Part shown: in pieces, positions 1 through 9,285 of the stretch | How the letters are laid out: the number at the start of each line of letters is the position of its first letter | Position numbering within the stretch: the stretch's first letter is position 1 | NCBI GenBank assembly: GCA_024685535.1 | Contig: JAIKVS010000064.1 | Location: forward strand, 1,377-65,376 | DNA: 64,000 nucleotides | Direction of reading: 5' to 3' | DNA from: Oscillospiraceae bacterium | Lineage (GTDB): Bacteria; Bacillota; Clostridia; Oscillospirales; Oscillospiraceae | Translations under genes and position numbers: made by a program | The notes under the pieces: model-generated | What the model was told of the DNA's origin: nothing | The model's database searches: none | What the model saw: the letters and a program-made list of their open reading frames with translations, nothing else

Positions 1-622
1 TACTCTGGCTCATCTCGTTATGATCCACAAGGATCACATTATATCTTGGTGTATTGAGGAAACATCTCCTTGTGACATAGCCAACGTATTCATCACCCCT
101 GAAAACAGCAAGCCCGCGTTTGCTGCCGTTAAGAAAAGCGTTTTTCCCATCCTCAAAAGAGTCGTCTGCCTGCAGCGGCTCTGCCTGTTCCCGCATTATA
201 TCCCTCACTTGCGGTATCTCAGTTATCTCTCCGAAGTCGGCAAGGTTCTTCATCGTCCAAATTGAGATGTCATCTATGCTCAACAGACCGTAGAATTCAC
301 CTTTATCAAATATCGGGAAGGCAGACGGCGTTTTTTCGGTTATAAGTCTTGCGCACTCCGAAAGAGACATATCCGCCTCTGTTTTCATTCCGGACGTCAG
401 CATCACATCGGACACCTTGGGATAAACATTGCGCATATACTCAGGTGCATCGATCTCAAGCACCTGAAGAAGCGTCCTTATATCCTCACCCATATGTGAA
501 CACCGGACAGGGATATAGGTATTATCAGGATCGGTAAGATTCTTGAGATCTGCATATGCAAGCGCGCTGCAAAGGCTGTCAAGATCCGGGTTGCGATGCC
601 CGGTTATATATACTTCGGCCAT
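1..622 (-). CDS. CBS-domain DHH-family (Mn-dependent) inorganic pyrophosphatase, N-terminal ~207 codons; ORF runs off the window start
   Basis: My own minus-strand translation from ATG 622-620 gives MAEVYITGHRNPDLDSLCSALAYADLKNL..., a DHH N-terminal motif. An internal CBS-like segment follows, then VILVDHNE at the window edge. A GGAGGG RBS lies just upstream. It is absent from the ORF track because no stop lies inside the window. Confidence 0.7.
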   Translation of the reverse strand, partial: MAEVYITGHRNPDLDSLCSALAYADLKNLTDPDNTYIPVRCSHMGEDIRTLLQVLEIDAPEYMRNVYPKVSDVMLTSGMKTEADMSLSECARLITEKTPSAFPIFDKGEFYGLLSIDDISIWTMKNLADFGEITEIPQVRDIMREQAEPLQADDSFEDGKNAFLNGSKRGLAVFRGDEYVGYVTRRCFLNTPRYNVILVDHNEMSQS

Positions 623-644
623 TTCACCCTCCTAATCGTTTTTT

Positions 645-656
645 CTGATTATAGCA
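645..656 (-). promoter_or_regulatory. Candidate extended -10 element (TGCTATAATCAG on minus strand) for the pyrophosphatase gene
   Basis: Minus strand reads TGCTATAAT about 25 nt upstream of the ATG at 622. No convincing -35 was found. Confidence 0.3.
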
Positions 657-700
657 CCGGCAATACAAACAATCCATCTTTTTGACTCGTATAATAAATC

Positions 701-722
701 GGGGCGGACAATTTTCCGCCCC
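701..722 (-). terminator. Hairpin GGGGCGGA-N6-TCCGCCCC downstream of the small ORF, followed on the minus strand by a T-rich tract
   Basis: An 8-bp GC-rich inverted repeat at 701-708 and 715-722. The minus strand continues GATTTATTAT. Confidence 0.45.
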
Positions 723-733
723 GAAGCATCTGC

Positions 734-913
734 TCAGATATACTGCCTGCGCTCCAATTTATCGTACCATTTTTCAAAGAAGGGTTCGAGCATTGCCGTG
801 GCCTTCATGTCGAGATTGAAGAAATAGATCGTAAATGTGACTATGAAAAAGCTTAAAGCCGCCGCGACTATGCCTAAAAGCACCTTACCCGCTGTTCTTG
901 CAATTTTTGACAT
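734..913 (-). CDS. Small predicted membrane protein (59 aa), last gene of the dehydratase operon
   Basis: My translation is MSKIARTAGKVLLGIVAAALSFFIVTFTIYFFNLDMKATAMLEPFFEKWYDKLERRQYI, with one hydrophobic helix. It starts 18 nt after the stop of the 931..2529 ORF. It falls below the size cutoff of the ORF track. Confidence 0.4.
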   Translation of the reverse strand: MSKIARTAGKVLLGIVAAALSFFIVTFTIYFFNLDMKATAMLEPFFEKWYDKLERRQYI

Positions 914-930
914 TTTACTGTTCTCCCTTC

Positions 931-2529
931 TTAATATGCCTCATTGTCCGGGATTATCTCAAGTGCAGGGTCCAAAGGCTCTTCACGCATTACAGTCCGC
1001 ATATATGAATTCACCTGATCACGGATCGCCTGACGCGTGAATACCCGCGGATCGCAGAGATCGTGAGATACCCACATGATGTGGATGCCGCGCTCCCTTG
1101 CTTGCTCCTCGAACATACCGTGCATGCCGGTAAGCGCTTTACAGGACATATGCTCCCACATCATCACTATGTCGGCATTCATTTTCTCGCACAGATCCCA
1201 GAGGTCGTCAAGAAGGACTTTATAGCCGCCATGGGTATGGTTTCTCATGATCATTTCCATGTTCAACATCGCCATGTCCCTATATGCCTGCTCACGATTC
1301 TCAGGAGTATCCTCATCCGCTATCATGTCAGTATTGATAACAGAGAGCATGTCCGTGAGAGGGACAACGCCCCAGCACTGCACCATCCAGTAAAGCATAT
1401 CGATGACATACTGCGGCTGCACACCCCATACTATACAGCGGTGGCGGTATTCCTTCGCATACATCCTTTTCGCCTGATAGCCTTTTTCAGCAAGTTCCAA
1501 AAGCTTATGATCTATGGTCACGAAATCCGCGTTGCGGCCGGAGTTGCCCATATAGTTTGTATCGTTATAAAGGCTGAATGCAGCTCCGAAAAACTGCGGA
1601 TACGGAGTGGAGTTTATCTCCATCTGGGCTATGCGGCAGCGTGTGGCATCATTTACGCGTTTTGCAGCATTGAAATAGATATCCCAGTCCCATTTGACCC
1701 CGGTATGCTCTTCAACGAAGGCGATCGCCTTTTTTATTTCTTCCGCAGCATAGTCCAGAACGTCAGGCTCCTTGTGACGCAGAGGAGTTGCAAGCTGGAA
1801 CGTGGGAATACCGTATTCGCGCTCGAGACGTTTTGCGATGATGCCGTTGCCCATCAGTGATCCGTCACATGTCGTGTTGTTCTGGACGGCGCAGCTTCCG
1901 AGAACGCAGAAATCATCTTCTATGGAAATACCGGCCTCAGCCTCGGGCATAGGACAAACATCCCCGGGTATACCATACTGCTGAGCAATATCGAGATAAT
2001 GCATGACATTGAACTGATGGAAAATATTCGATGCGAACATGGTTGGCACTTCGCGGAGAATGGTGTGCACCTTATTGGTATCAAAGCCCATCATGAAGGT
2101 CACCATGGAGTTTTCATCGGTTATGACACAGGCATCGGAATACTTCTTATCGTTACCCACGCGACGGTCTCCACGGAAGCAGTTGGCTATTGCCTGAGTA
2201 ACATCGGCTATAACAAAGTTGAAAGATGTGTGTGCTATGCGGAGAGCTTCGTCCCTAAGGCCTATGGTGAACTTATCCATTCCATGCATAACGAAAAGAT
2301 AGCTCATCATCCAGCGGTAGCGGAAAAAGCCCTTGATGTTGCGGGGCACCGCTATGAATTTCGCTAGTACCGAAACCAGATAGAGCCATCTGGTATAGTC
2401 ATAGAAGGTATCCTTAACGCCGCGCCACTCCCTGCGCTTCCGCACCTTCAGATTCTCATCATATATCCCTGCCGGTGACTGTTCTCCGGCACGTCTGACA
2501 GGATTTACCACTTTCTGTACCGTCTTCAT
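931..2529 (-). CDS. 2-hydroxyacyl-CoA dehydratase / benzoyl-CoA reductase BcrC-BadD-HgdB family protein (large subunit-like, 532 aa)
   Basis: Family-like Cys-containing segments are present (PGDVCPMPEAEAG, NNTTCDGS, WEHMSCKALTG). Its start overlaps the stop of the upstream paralogous subunit by 4 nt. Confidence 0.6.
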   Translation of the reverse strand: MKTVQKVVNPVRRAGEQSPAGIYDENLKVRKRREWRGVKDTFYDYTRWLYLVSVLAKFIAVPRNIKGFFRYRWMMSYLFVMHGMDKFTIGLRDEALRIAHTSFNFVIADVTQAIANCFRGDRRVGNDKKYSDACVITDENSMVTFMMGFDTNKVHTILREVPTMFASNIFHQFNVMHYLDIAQQYGIPGDVCPMPEAEAGISIEDDFCVLGSCAVQNNTTCDGSLMGNGIIAKRLEREYGIPTFQLATPLRHKEPDVLDYAAEEIKKAIAFVEEHTGVKWDWDIYFNAAKRVNDATRCRIAQMEINSTPYPQFFGAAFSLYNDTNYMGNSGRNADFVTIDHKLLELAEKGYQAKRMYAKEYRHRCIVWGVQPQYVIDMLYWMVQCWGVVPLTDMLSVINTDMIADEDTPENREQAYRDMAMLNMEMIMRNHTHGGYKVLLDDLWDLCEKMNADIVMMWEHMSCKALTGMHGMFEEQARERGIHIMWVSHDLCDPRVFTRQAIRDQVNSYMRTVMREEPLDPALEIIPDNEAY

Positions 2530-3740
2530 GATCTCCCGCCTTTCTGAATGGTCTTTATCTCAATGCTCTCAACGAAGGCTTGCACACGGGTGCGCATCTG
2601 GCCAACAGAGGAAGAGACGTTGTAAGGTCTGTCTACCGACAGCACCGGATATCCATAGTCCGCCTGCAGCATTGCTGAGCCCAGAGTTCTCTCATACGCC
2701 CAGGGATCGCAGAACTTTACCTGCTGGTATATGATGCCGTCCGCTCCATACTCCTTCGCAAGATCCGCTACATATTTCTTGCGTCCGTATACTTTGTCCA
2801 TGCTCATCATGCGGGGACACTGGCAGTTTGTGATATAGTGCCGGCAAACCTGGGTGAGCGCATCCTCATCGTCGTTGAGAACTATCTCCGTGCGCCCGGG
2901 ATATGACCCAAAGCAGAAACGGTCGCAGCAAACAAATGCTCCCTGTTCTTCTATGAGTTTGATAAGACCACTGTCGTCTACCTCTGAACCTACGACAAGC
3001 ACACGGGCTCTCCAGGGCTTGTCGTCCGGCTCACGGTTCCTTACCTCTTCTATGGTCTCAGCAAGTTTTTCCTCCACTAGATATTTAGGACACATATAGG
3101 TCGCAAGGCAGAACACGTGGAACTCATATCCGGTGATGCGGGGCTTTGCCTCCTTACGGAACTCTCCGAGTTCACGTACCAGCCTGCAAAGGCGGTTATG
3201 ATCTTCAACGGACTTACGGATCGCAGCATCAGAGACGTCGATTCCATATTTTTCACGCAGCGGATTAAGGATGTGGTTCGTGCACTGCAGCACCGCAAGA
3301 TTTACGTCGTTTTCCGTGTTTTTAAAAGCGATCTCCATATACTCATGGAAGAAGTTTGGATTGTTCTTTCCCATAGTTTTAAGGAGTTCCATGTTCTCAA
3401 CGGCGCGGTTCATCATTGTGCAGCCATCGGGCGTGATCACACAGTCCGCAAAATTGAACCCTCCCTCTATGGCGCGTTCGAGCAGAGCACGGCTCGGCTC
3501 ACAAAGGAGGTTCGTCATATAATATGTAGCAATGTCCAAGGAACCGGTGTTAGGTGCGGAAAGGCGGACCGATACCGCCCTGTCGAGGTTCAGCAACGGC
3601 TCAGGAACGTTCTCACAGGTATAGGCAACACAGACTTTCCCCTCCGCCTTTGCCTGTTCCACAAGTTCGTTATTAGCCTGCTGCAGAAGATCCTCGAAAT
3701 ACTTAAGGTACTTCAAATCTCTCACTAAACAATCCCTCAT
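2526..3740 (-). CDS. 2-hydroxyacyl-CoA dehydratase family protein (second subunit, 404 aa)
   Basis: The C-terminal segment CPRMMSMDKVYGRKKYVADLAKEYGADGIIYQQVKFCDPWAYE is typical of HgdA/HgdB-type D-components. It is translationally coupled to 931..2529. Confidence 0.65.
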   Translation of the reverse strand: MRDCLVRDLKYLKYFEDLLQQANNELVEQAKAEGKVCVAYTCENVPEPLLNLDRAVSVRLSAPNTGSLDIATYYMTNLLCEPSRALLERAIEGGFNFADCVITPDGCTMMNRAVENMELLKTMGKNNPNFFHEYMEIAFKNTENDVNLAVLQCTNHILNPLREKYGIDVSDAAIRKSVEDHNRLCRLVRELGEFRKEAKPRITGYEFHVFCLATYMCPKYLVEEKLAETIEEVRNREPDDKPWRARVLVVGSEVDDSGLIKLIEEQGAFVCCDRFCFGSYPGRTEIVLNDDEDALTQVCRHYITNCQCPRMMSMDKVYGRKKYVADLAKEYGADGIIYQQVKFCDPWAYERTLGSAMLQADYGYPVLSVDRPYNVSSSVGQMRTRVQAFVESIEIKTIQKGGRS

Positions 3741-3938
3741 TTCACAGTGATTTGCTTTATATCACGCCGCAAGGCGCAATGGTCTTTTTAAATTTTACCA
3801 ACTAGTAATTCCACTGTCAACGCGCACGGATATTTTTGTTATACATGTTAAATAGTGCCGCTTTTTTTTGTTCATCATCACAATACCGCGTTCACATGAA
3901 AGTGAACGCGGTATTGTGAACACATCCAGTTATTCGTC

Positions 3939-5522
3939 TCAAAATACCCAGGATCTGCCTGATGAACTGTTCTCGTCATCAGGCAGATCATTTACCGGCA
4001 GTGCGACTGGCGGCTTATACTTCAGCACGAGCGGCAGCAGTTCATCGAACATGTTTTCGCTTACCCTGCACTCATCATCGAACACCATAGTTACCATCCG
4101 GTCCCTGCTACACGGTCTCCATAAAGGCAACCCCTCGGTATTCGGGTCGCCTGTCCTGGCAAAGTTTACAAACGCTCCCGACATCACTTTCTCGAGAAAG
4201 CCGCCGTTTTTCTGGTGACACACAGGGATCAGCTCCGCATTGTGCATAAAGTACGGTATATCTGAACAATGCCATGCTGCACGACCGCCGTCATAATCGA
4301 ATACCTTTGCGAACATATAGCTATAAACAGGCGCACTCGCTTCTTCCGCTTTTTTCTTTACATATCTCACGGTATCCGGAAGGAACATCGTATCTATATC
4401 GCAAAGATACACGGGATCCATACCGGGATATGCCCTTGCAAAGGCTTCGAGGACCGTATCGCCGCCATTTTTGCCATACAGTTTCCGCACCTCCGCGGCG
4501 TCTTTTTCAGCTCCAAAACTGTCTCTGGAACTAAGAGCAGGATCCGTGCCGAACTCGCTGAAAACACTGCCTACCATAGTAGGAACCGTCAGTGAATGAG
4601 GCGTAAAATCTCCGGCCAGAGGGTCACATAGATAATAGCTGTTCGGTTTCGGGCTCCAGTTTACGCTAATGCCCTGCTTTGCATAAAACACCGTTGCTTT
4701 GTTCACAGCCCATATGAACTGAGGCACGGGTACTTTTGCCAGCTTTGTCACACTATGGTCCTTTATCCTAAGATACTCCATTATCTTCAGTGCCAGCTCT
4801 TCCGCTGAACAGCCCGTCTCAAAGCAGTTTTCCGGTATTACCCCGGACATCACAATGCTCTTTGCAAAAAGCCCGTCAGCCTCAGGGATCTGGTTGAGTA
4901 TGGTAGCTTTACCTCCGCCCCCTGACTGTCCAAAGATCGTAACATTGTCGGGATCTCCTCCAAAAGCTGATATATTTTCCTTTACCCACCTCAGTGCTTC
5001 TACAATGTCTGCTATTCCGAGATTTGCCGTATTCCAGTATTCATCGCCGAAATCAGACAGGTCAAGATGTCCGAAAGCGTTCAGCCGGTGATTTATCGAA
5101 ACGAAGACCACATCGTCGAGCTTTGCAAGGTTTGTCCCGTCATAGCACTCCTGCTCTATGGCGGAGCCTGCAAAATATCCTCCCCCATGCATCCAGAACA
5201 ATACCGCCTTTTTTGCACCAGGGTCGAGGCTGGGCGTCCATATATTCAGAAACTGGCAGTGTTCGGATACCGGCCAGAAGCGGTGAGGGCAGATAAGCTC
5301 CGTCTCAGGAACGGGTTCGTTCAGCACGGGGCAGTTTAGCCCGTAATTTGTGGCATCTTTGATGCCATCCCAGCTTCCAGCCGGTTCAGGCATACGGAAT
5401 CTTTCAGCCTTCGCGTAGCGGATACCCTTGAAGATGAACACTCCGTCAAACTTATATCCTCTTATTTTTCCTTTCGGAGTTTCGGCCACCGGGTAATCCG
5501 GCCTGCATATGAACTCTTTCAT
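3939..5522 (-). CDS. Carboxylesterase type B family (para-nitrobenzyl esterase-like)
   Basis: Oxyanion-hole HGGGYFAGS and nucleophile-elbow FGQSGGG motifs are present. The length of 527 aa fits the family. Confidence 0.8.
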   Translation of the reverse strand: MKEFICRPDYPVAETPKGKIRGYKFDGVFIFKGIRYAKAERFRMPEPAGSWDGIKDATNYGLNCPVLNEPVPETELICPHRFWPVSEHCQFLNIWTPSLDPGAKKAVLFWMHGGGYFAGSAIEQECYDGTNLAKLDDVVFVSINHRLNAFGHLDLSDFGDEYWNTANLGIADIVEALRWVKENISAFGGDPDNVTIFGQSGGGGKATILNQIPEADGLFAKSIVMSGVIPENCFETGCSAEELALKIMEYLRIKDHSVTKLAKVPVPQFIWAVNKATVFYAKQGISVNWSPKPNSYYLCDPLAGDFTPHSLTVPTMVGSVFSEFGTDPALSSRDSFGAEKDAAEVRKLYGKNGGDTVLEAFARAYPGMDPVYLCDIDTMFLPDTVRYVKKKAEEASAPVYSYMFAKVFDYDGGRAAWHCSDIPYFMHNAELIPVCHQKNGGFLEKVMSGAFVNFARTGDPNTEGLPLWRPCSRDRMVTMVFDDECRVSENMFDELLPLVLKYKPPVALPVNDLPDDENSSSGRSWVF

Positions 5523-5547
5523 ACTGTCACCTCATTGCATCGTTTTA

Positions 5548-5559
5548 CTGATTATAGCA
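5548..5559 (-). promoter_or_regulatory. Candidate extended -10 element (TGCTATAATCAG on minus strand) for the esterase gene
   Basis: It is the same 12-mer as at 645-656. It lies about 26 nt upstream of the ATG at 5522. Confidence 0.3.
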
Positions 5560-5567
5560 TACTGATT

Positions 5568-5603
5568 ATAAAAGAAGCACGGCATAATCACCGTGCATAC
5601 TTT
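5568..5603 (-). terminator. Intrinsic terminator after the ABC exporter pair (bidirectional shape)
   Basis: Stem GCACGG..CCGTGC at 5577-5596. It is flanked by T-tracts on both strands. Confidence 0.55.
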
Positions 5604-5604
5604 T

Positions 5605-7527
5605 TTATAAAAGTTCGGCTTTTCCGGTGTAGAGCTCATAATAGCGGCCTTTCTGAGCCAGCAGATCATCGTGGTCACCGCGCTCTATGATCTCGCCGTT
5701 TTCAAGCACCATTATGGCATTGGCATTTCTTACCGTAGAGAGCCTGTGGGCTATTACAAAGGTGGTCCTCGTCTTCATGATCCGGTCCATTCCATGCTCG
5801 ATATGGCGTTCTGTCCTAGTGTCAACAGAAGACGTTGCTTCGTCCAGCACAAGGATCGGAGCCTTGGAAATGGCAGCCCTGGCTATATTGAGCAGCTGCC
5901 GCTGCCCCTGTGAAAGATTGGTGCCGTCTCCCTCTATCACAGTGTCATATCCGTTCTCAAGACGCATAATGAAGCTGTGGGCAGAAGCGATCTTCGCCGC
6001 TTCCACCACCTCATCGTCCGACGCATCAAGCCTGCCGTAGCGGATGTTCTCCCTAACCGTTCCGGTGAAGAGATGAGTATCCTGCAGCACCATTGCGATA
6101 TTGCTCCGGAGAACTTCCCTCTTTATAGAACGGATATCCACCCCATCTATCCTGATGCTGCCCTCCTGAACATCATAAAAGCGATTGAGCAGATTTGTCA
6201 CTGTCGTCTTTCCGGCACCTGTTGAACCTACGAAAGCGATCTTCTGGCCCGGGTGCGCATAGAGGCTTATATGCCTGAGCACAGTCTTTTCCGGTACATA
6301 TCCGAAAGTCACATCATCAAGTACAATATCGCCCTTCATATCAGGCATGGGGTCGGCATCATCCGCATCTGGCGGTTCCGGCTCCGTATCCATCACCTCA
6401 AACACACGCTCAGCACCTGCAAGAGCAGAGAAGATGGTTGCCATCTGGGATGCTATCCGGCTTATAGGCATGGAAAACTGTCTCGAATAGCCTGCAAACA
6501 CTGTCAATCCGCCGGGAGTGAGGCGCCCTGCCACCATCAACAGACCTCCCACGCCGACTACAGCAGCGTAGGAAAGCTGTGAAATGTTGCTCATGATGGG
6601 CATCGTCACGCCGCCCCAGAACTGCGCTTTGAACTGAGTATCGCGCATGTCATCGTTGAGAAGATCGAATTCTTCGACACAGTCCGCCTCATGATTGAAA
6701 ACCTTGACGACTTTTGCTCCGGTGACCGTCTCCTCCATATAGCCGTTTATGGCACCGAGGGCAGCCTGCTGACCCCGGTAATACTTGGAGGAGCGCTTAC
6801 CTATTGCGCCAACCGCTACCATTATAAGCGGTATGAACACCACGATCACAACAGTAAGCGCAACATTGGTCGTAAGCATGAATATCATGGTACCTATAAG
6901 AGAAACAACTCCGGATATCACAGACGTGAGCGTATCACCCAGCATCATATCAATATTATCCACATCGTTTGTGAAGCGTGACATTATCTCGCCTGTGGGT
7001 TTGGAGTCAAAATAGCGTACCGGAAGATACTCCAGCTTTTCAAAGAGCCCGTTGCGTATGTTTTCAACGATCTTCTGCGTCGTCTCGACCATGAGACGCT
7101 CCTGCAGATATATCAGCACAACTGCCGTAAGATATATCGCGCCAAGCATAAGCGCTGCCGTCACTATATAGGCCATGGCACCGGCGTCTGCTCCCACTAC
7201 AGAATTTATCATCCTGTCAGCCGCCCGTTCCATCGCGCTCATCCTGATCTCAGCGTTAGGTGCCACGGCAAGAGTGAGCCTGTCTATGATGGGCGCCATA
7301 AAGTAGCCCCCAACCATGGAGCATATAGTGCTGCAGAACATCATCAACAGCACTGCAACAAGCCTGAGCCTGTAATTTTTATAATAGGAGAAGAGCCTTG
7401 CGACTGTCGCACCCATGTTTTTGGGTTTTCCGCTGGCACCTCCGCGTGCCCCGGGACCGTGTCCCATCTGTTTTGCAGAAGCTCTCGTATTATACTGTTC
7501 GCGCAGTTTTTCCAACGTTCTCGCCAC
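5605..7527 (-). CDS. ABC transporter ATP-binding/permease fusion (exporter half-transporter)
   Basis: An N-terminal 6-TM region is followed by Walker A GSTGAGKTT, signature LSQGQRQ and Walker B ILVLDEATS. Confidence 0.85.
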   Translation of the reverse strand: MARTLEKLREQYNTRASAKQMGHGPGARGGASGKPKNMGATVARLFSYYKNYRLRLVAVLLMMFCSTICSMVGGYFMAPIIDRLTLAVAPNAEIRMSAMERAADRMINSVVGADAGAMAYIVTAALMLGAIYLTAVVLIYLQERLMVETTQKIVENIRNGLFEKLEYLPVRYFDSKPTGEIMSRFTNDVDNIDMMLGDTLTSVISGVVSLIGTMIFMLTTNVALTVVIVVFIPLIMVAVGAIGKRSSKYYRGQQAALGAINGYMEETVTGAKVVKVFNHEADCVEEFDLLNDDMRDTQFKAQFWGGVTMPIMSNISQLSYAAVVGVGGLLMVAGRLTPGGLTVFAGYSRQFSMPISRIASQMATIFSALAGAERVFEVMDTEPEPPDADDADPMPDMKGDIVLDDVTFGYVPEKTVLRHISLYAHPGQKIAFVGSTGAGKTTVTNLLNRFYDVQEGSIRIDGVDIRSIKREVLRSNIAMVLQDTHLFTGTVRENIRYGRLDASDDEVVEAAKIASAHSFIMRLENGYDTVIEGDGTNLSQGQRQLLNIARAAISKAPILVLDEATSSVDTRTERHIEHGMDRIMKTRTTFVIAHRLSTVRNANAIMVLENGEIIERGDHDDLLAQKGRYYELYTGKAELL

Positions 7528-7530
7528 AGC

Positions 7531-9267
7531 TCAGGCCTCCTTCCTCATGCCGGACTGGGATTCCCAAATCTCCCGGTATTCAGCATTTGTTTCGAGGAGC
7601 TCCTGGTGGGTGCCAATACCCGTGATCCCGCCTTCGTTCATAACCACTATCATATCCGCTTCCATAACGGAACCTATGCGCTGAGCTATGATTATTTTAG
7701 TGGAATCTTTCAGTTCATTGGAGAATGCTTCTCGTATTTTTGCCTCGGTCGCTGTGTCAACGGCACTTGTCGAGTCATCCAGAATAAGGATCTTCGGCTT
7801 TTTCAGAAGCGCTCTTGCTATGCACAGACGCTGCTTCTGGCCTCCTGAAACATTGGTACCGCCCTGTTCAATTTTCGTTTCATATCCGTTTGCGAAAGAA
7901 TTCACGAATCCGTCCGCCTGAGCAGCCTCTGCTGCAGCTCTCATTTCCTCATCGGATGCGCTCTCATCTCCCCAGCGCAGATTATCCGCTATGGAGCCGG
8001 AGAAAAGCAGATTGTTCTGAAGCACCATTCCCACACCCTCGCGCAGGTTGAACAGGGAATAGTCCTTAACATTCACTCCGTCCACCAGCACCTCACCGCT
8101 GTCGCAGTCATAGAGGCGGGGTATCATTGATACCAGCGTGGTCTTGCCGCTGCCGGTGGACCCAATTATACCAACGGTAGCTTTAGCGGGAATAGTAAGA
8201 TCAATACCGTTGAGCACTTTTTCCTCGCTGCCCTTGTAGTATCGAAAGCTCACGTTTCTGAACTCTATTTCACCGTTTTCAACGGTTCTGTCTTTGCAAG
8301 ATGCGTTTTCATCGGAAATTTCCGGCTGCTCGTCCAGTACCTCTATTATTCTCTTTCCAGAGGCTATGGCGCGTGATGCCATCATAAGGATGAAGTTTAT
8401 CATCATAAGCGACATGAGAATCTGCGTAACATAGGTGACAAAAGCAGAAAGATCTCCAACGGCCATGCCTCCGCCCAGTACTATCGGGCCACCGATCAGA
8501 ATAACAGCAATGATGGTTCCGTTCATGAAAAACGTCATTACAGGTCCCATCCAAATTATCACCCGCATTGCGTTCAGGCTAGCCTGCTTCAGATTGCCGT
8601 TCGCCTCGCGGAATTTATCTATGCTGAACTTCTCACGCACGAAACTCTTTACCACTCTTACGTTCGTAACGTTTTCCTGAACTGTGGAGTTGAGTGCATC
8701 CACCTTTGTCTGCATAATGCCAAAACGCGGAAATGCAGTTCTCGTAATGAAGCTTATGCAAACCATCAGCAACGGCACGCTCACAAGAAACACAACCGAA
8801 AGCGACGGTTTGATAGATATGGCCATGATCAGGGCAGCGATCATCATTCCCGGTGCTCTGAGGGCCATGCGTATCACCATGCCGGTGAAATTCTGAACGC
8901 GTGTCACATCGTTAGTGAGTCTCGTTACAAGCGAACCCGTGGAGAACTTATCCACATTCGCGAACGAAAAGCTCTGCACCTTGGAAAAAACATCTGAGCG
9001 CACATCCGCCCCGAAATTGACGGAGGCTTTAGTGCCGGTATATGAAGCGCCTACACCGCCGGCCATCATAATAAGCGCTGTAAGCATCATCTTCAGCATC
9101 ACACCCACACTCTGCGCATTCGTGAGAGTTCCGGCATTGGCGCTGTTTATCAGCGAAGCCAGAAGCCGCGGCATTATCACTTCACCCGCGACCTCCACGA
9201 GTATAAACACAGGGCAGAGCACGAAGTAAACCCAGTAGGGCTTAATGTACTTGAACCATCTTTTCAT
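7531..9267 (-). CDS. ABC transporter ATP-binding/permease fusion (partner half-transporter)
   Basis: A TM domain is followed by GSTGSGKTT, VSGGQKQR and ILILDDSTSAVD. It ends 3 nt before the downstream paralog, which suggests a heterodimeric exporter. Confidence 0.85.
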   Translation of the reverse strand: MKRWFKYIKPYWVYFVLCPVFILVEVAGEVIMPRLLASLINSANAGTLTNAQSVGVMLKMMLTALIMMAGGVGASYTGTKASVNFGADVRSDVFSKVQSFSFANVDKFSTGSLVTRLTNDVTRVQNFTGMVIRMALRAPGMMIAALIMAISIKPSLSVVFLVSVPLLMVCISFITRTAFPRFGIMQTKVDALNSTVQENVTNVRVVKSFVREKFSIDKFREANGNLKQASLNAMRVIIWMGPVMTFFMNGTIIAVILIGGPIVLGGGMAVGDLSAFVTYVTQILMSLMMINFILMMASRAIASGKRIIEVLDEQPEISDENASCKDRTVENGEIEFRNVSFRYYKGSEEKVLNGIDLTIPAKATVGIIGSTGSGKTTLVSMIPRLYDCDSGEVLVDGVNVKDYSLFNLREGVGMVLQNNLLFSGSIADNLRWGDESASDEEMRAAAEAAQADGFVNSFANGYETKIEQGGTNVSGGQKQRLCIARALLKKPKILILDDSTSAVDTATEAKIREAFSNELKDSTKIIIAQRIGSVMEADMIVVMNEGGITGIGTHQELLETNAEYREIWESQSGMRKEA

Positions 9268-9285
9268 ACAGTTTCCTTTTTCTGA

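Noticed and set aside
1063-2367. Plus-strand ORFs (1063..1860, 1802..1984, 1999..2367) opposite the dehydratase gene
   Set aside because: They are antisense shadows of a long, motif-bearing minus-strand CDS. Their composition is junk-like (His/Ile/Phe-rich) and they have no RBS.
3879-3918. Perfect 17-bp-stem hairpin (CACAATACCGCGTTCAC..GTGAACGCGGTATTGTG) as terminator of the esterase gene
   Set aside because: On the minus strand it is followed by an A-tract, not a U-tract. On the plus strand the T-tract precedes the hairpin. It is a real hairpin, but it is not a canonical intrinsic terminator for either flanking gene, so I left it unclassified.
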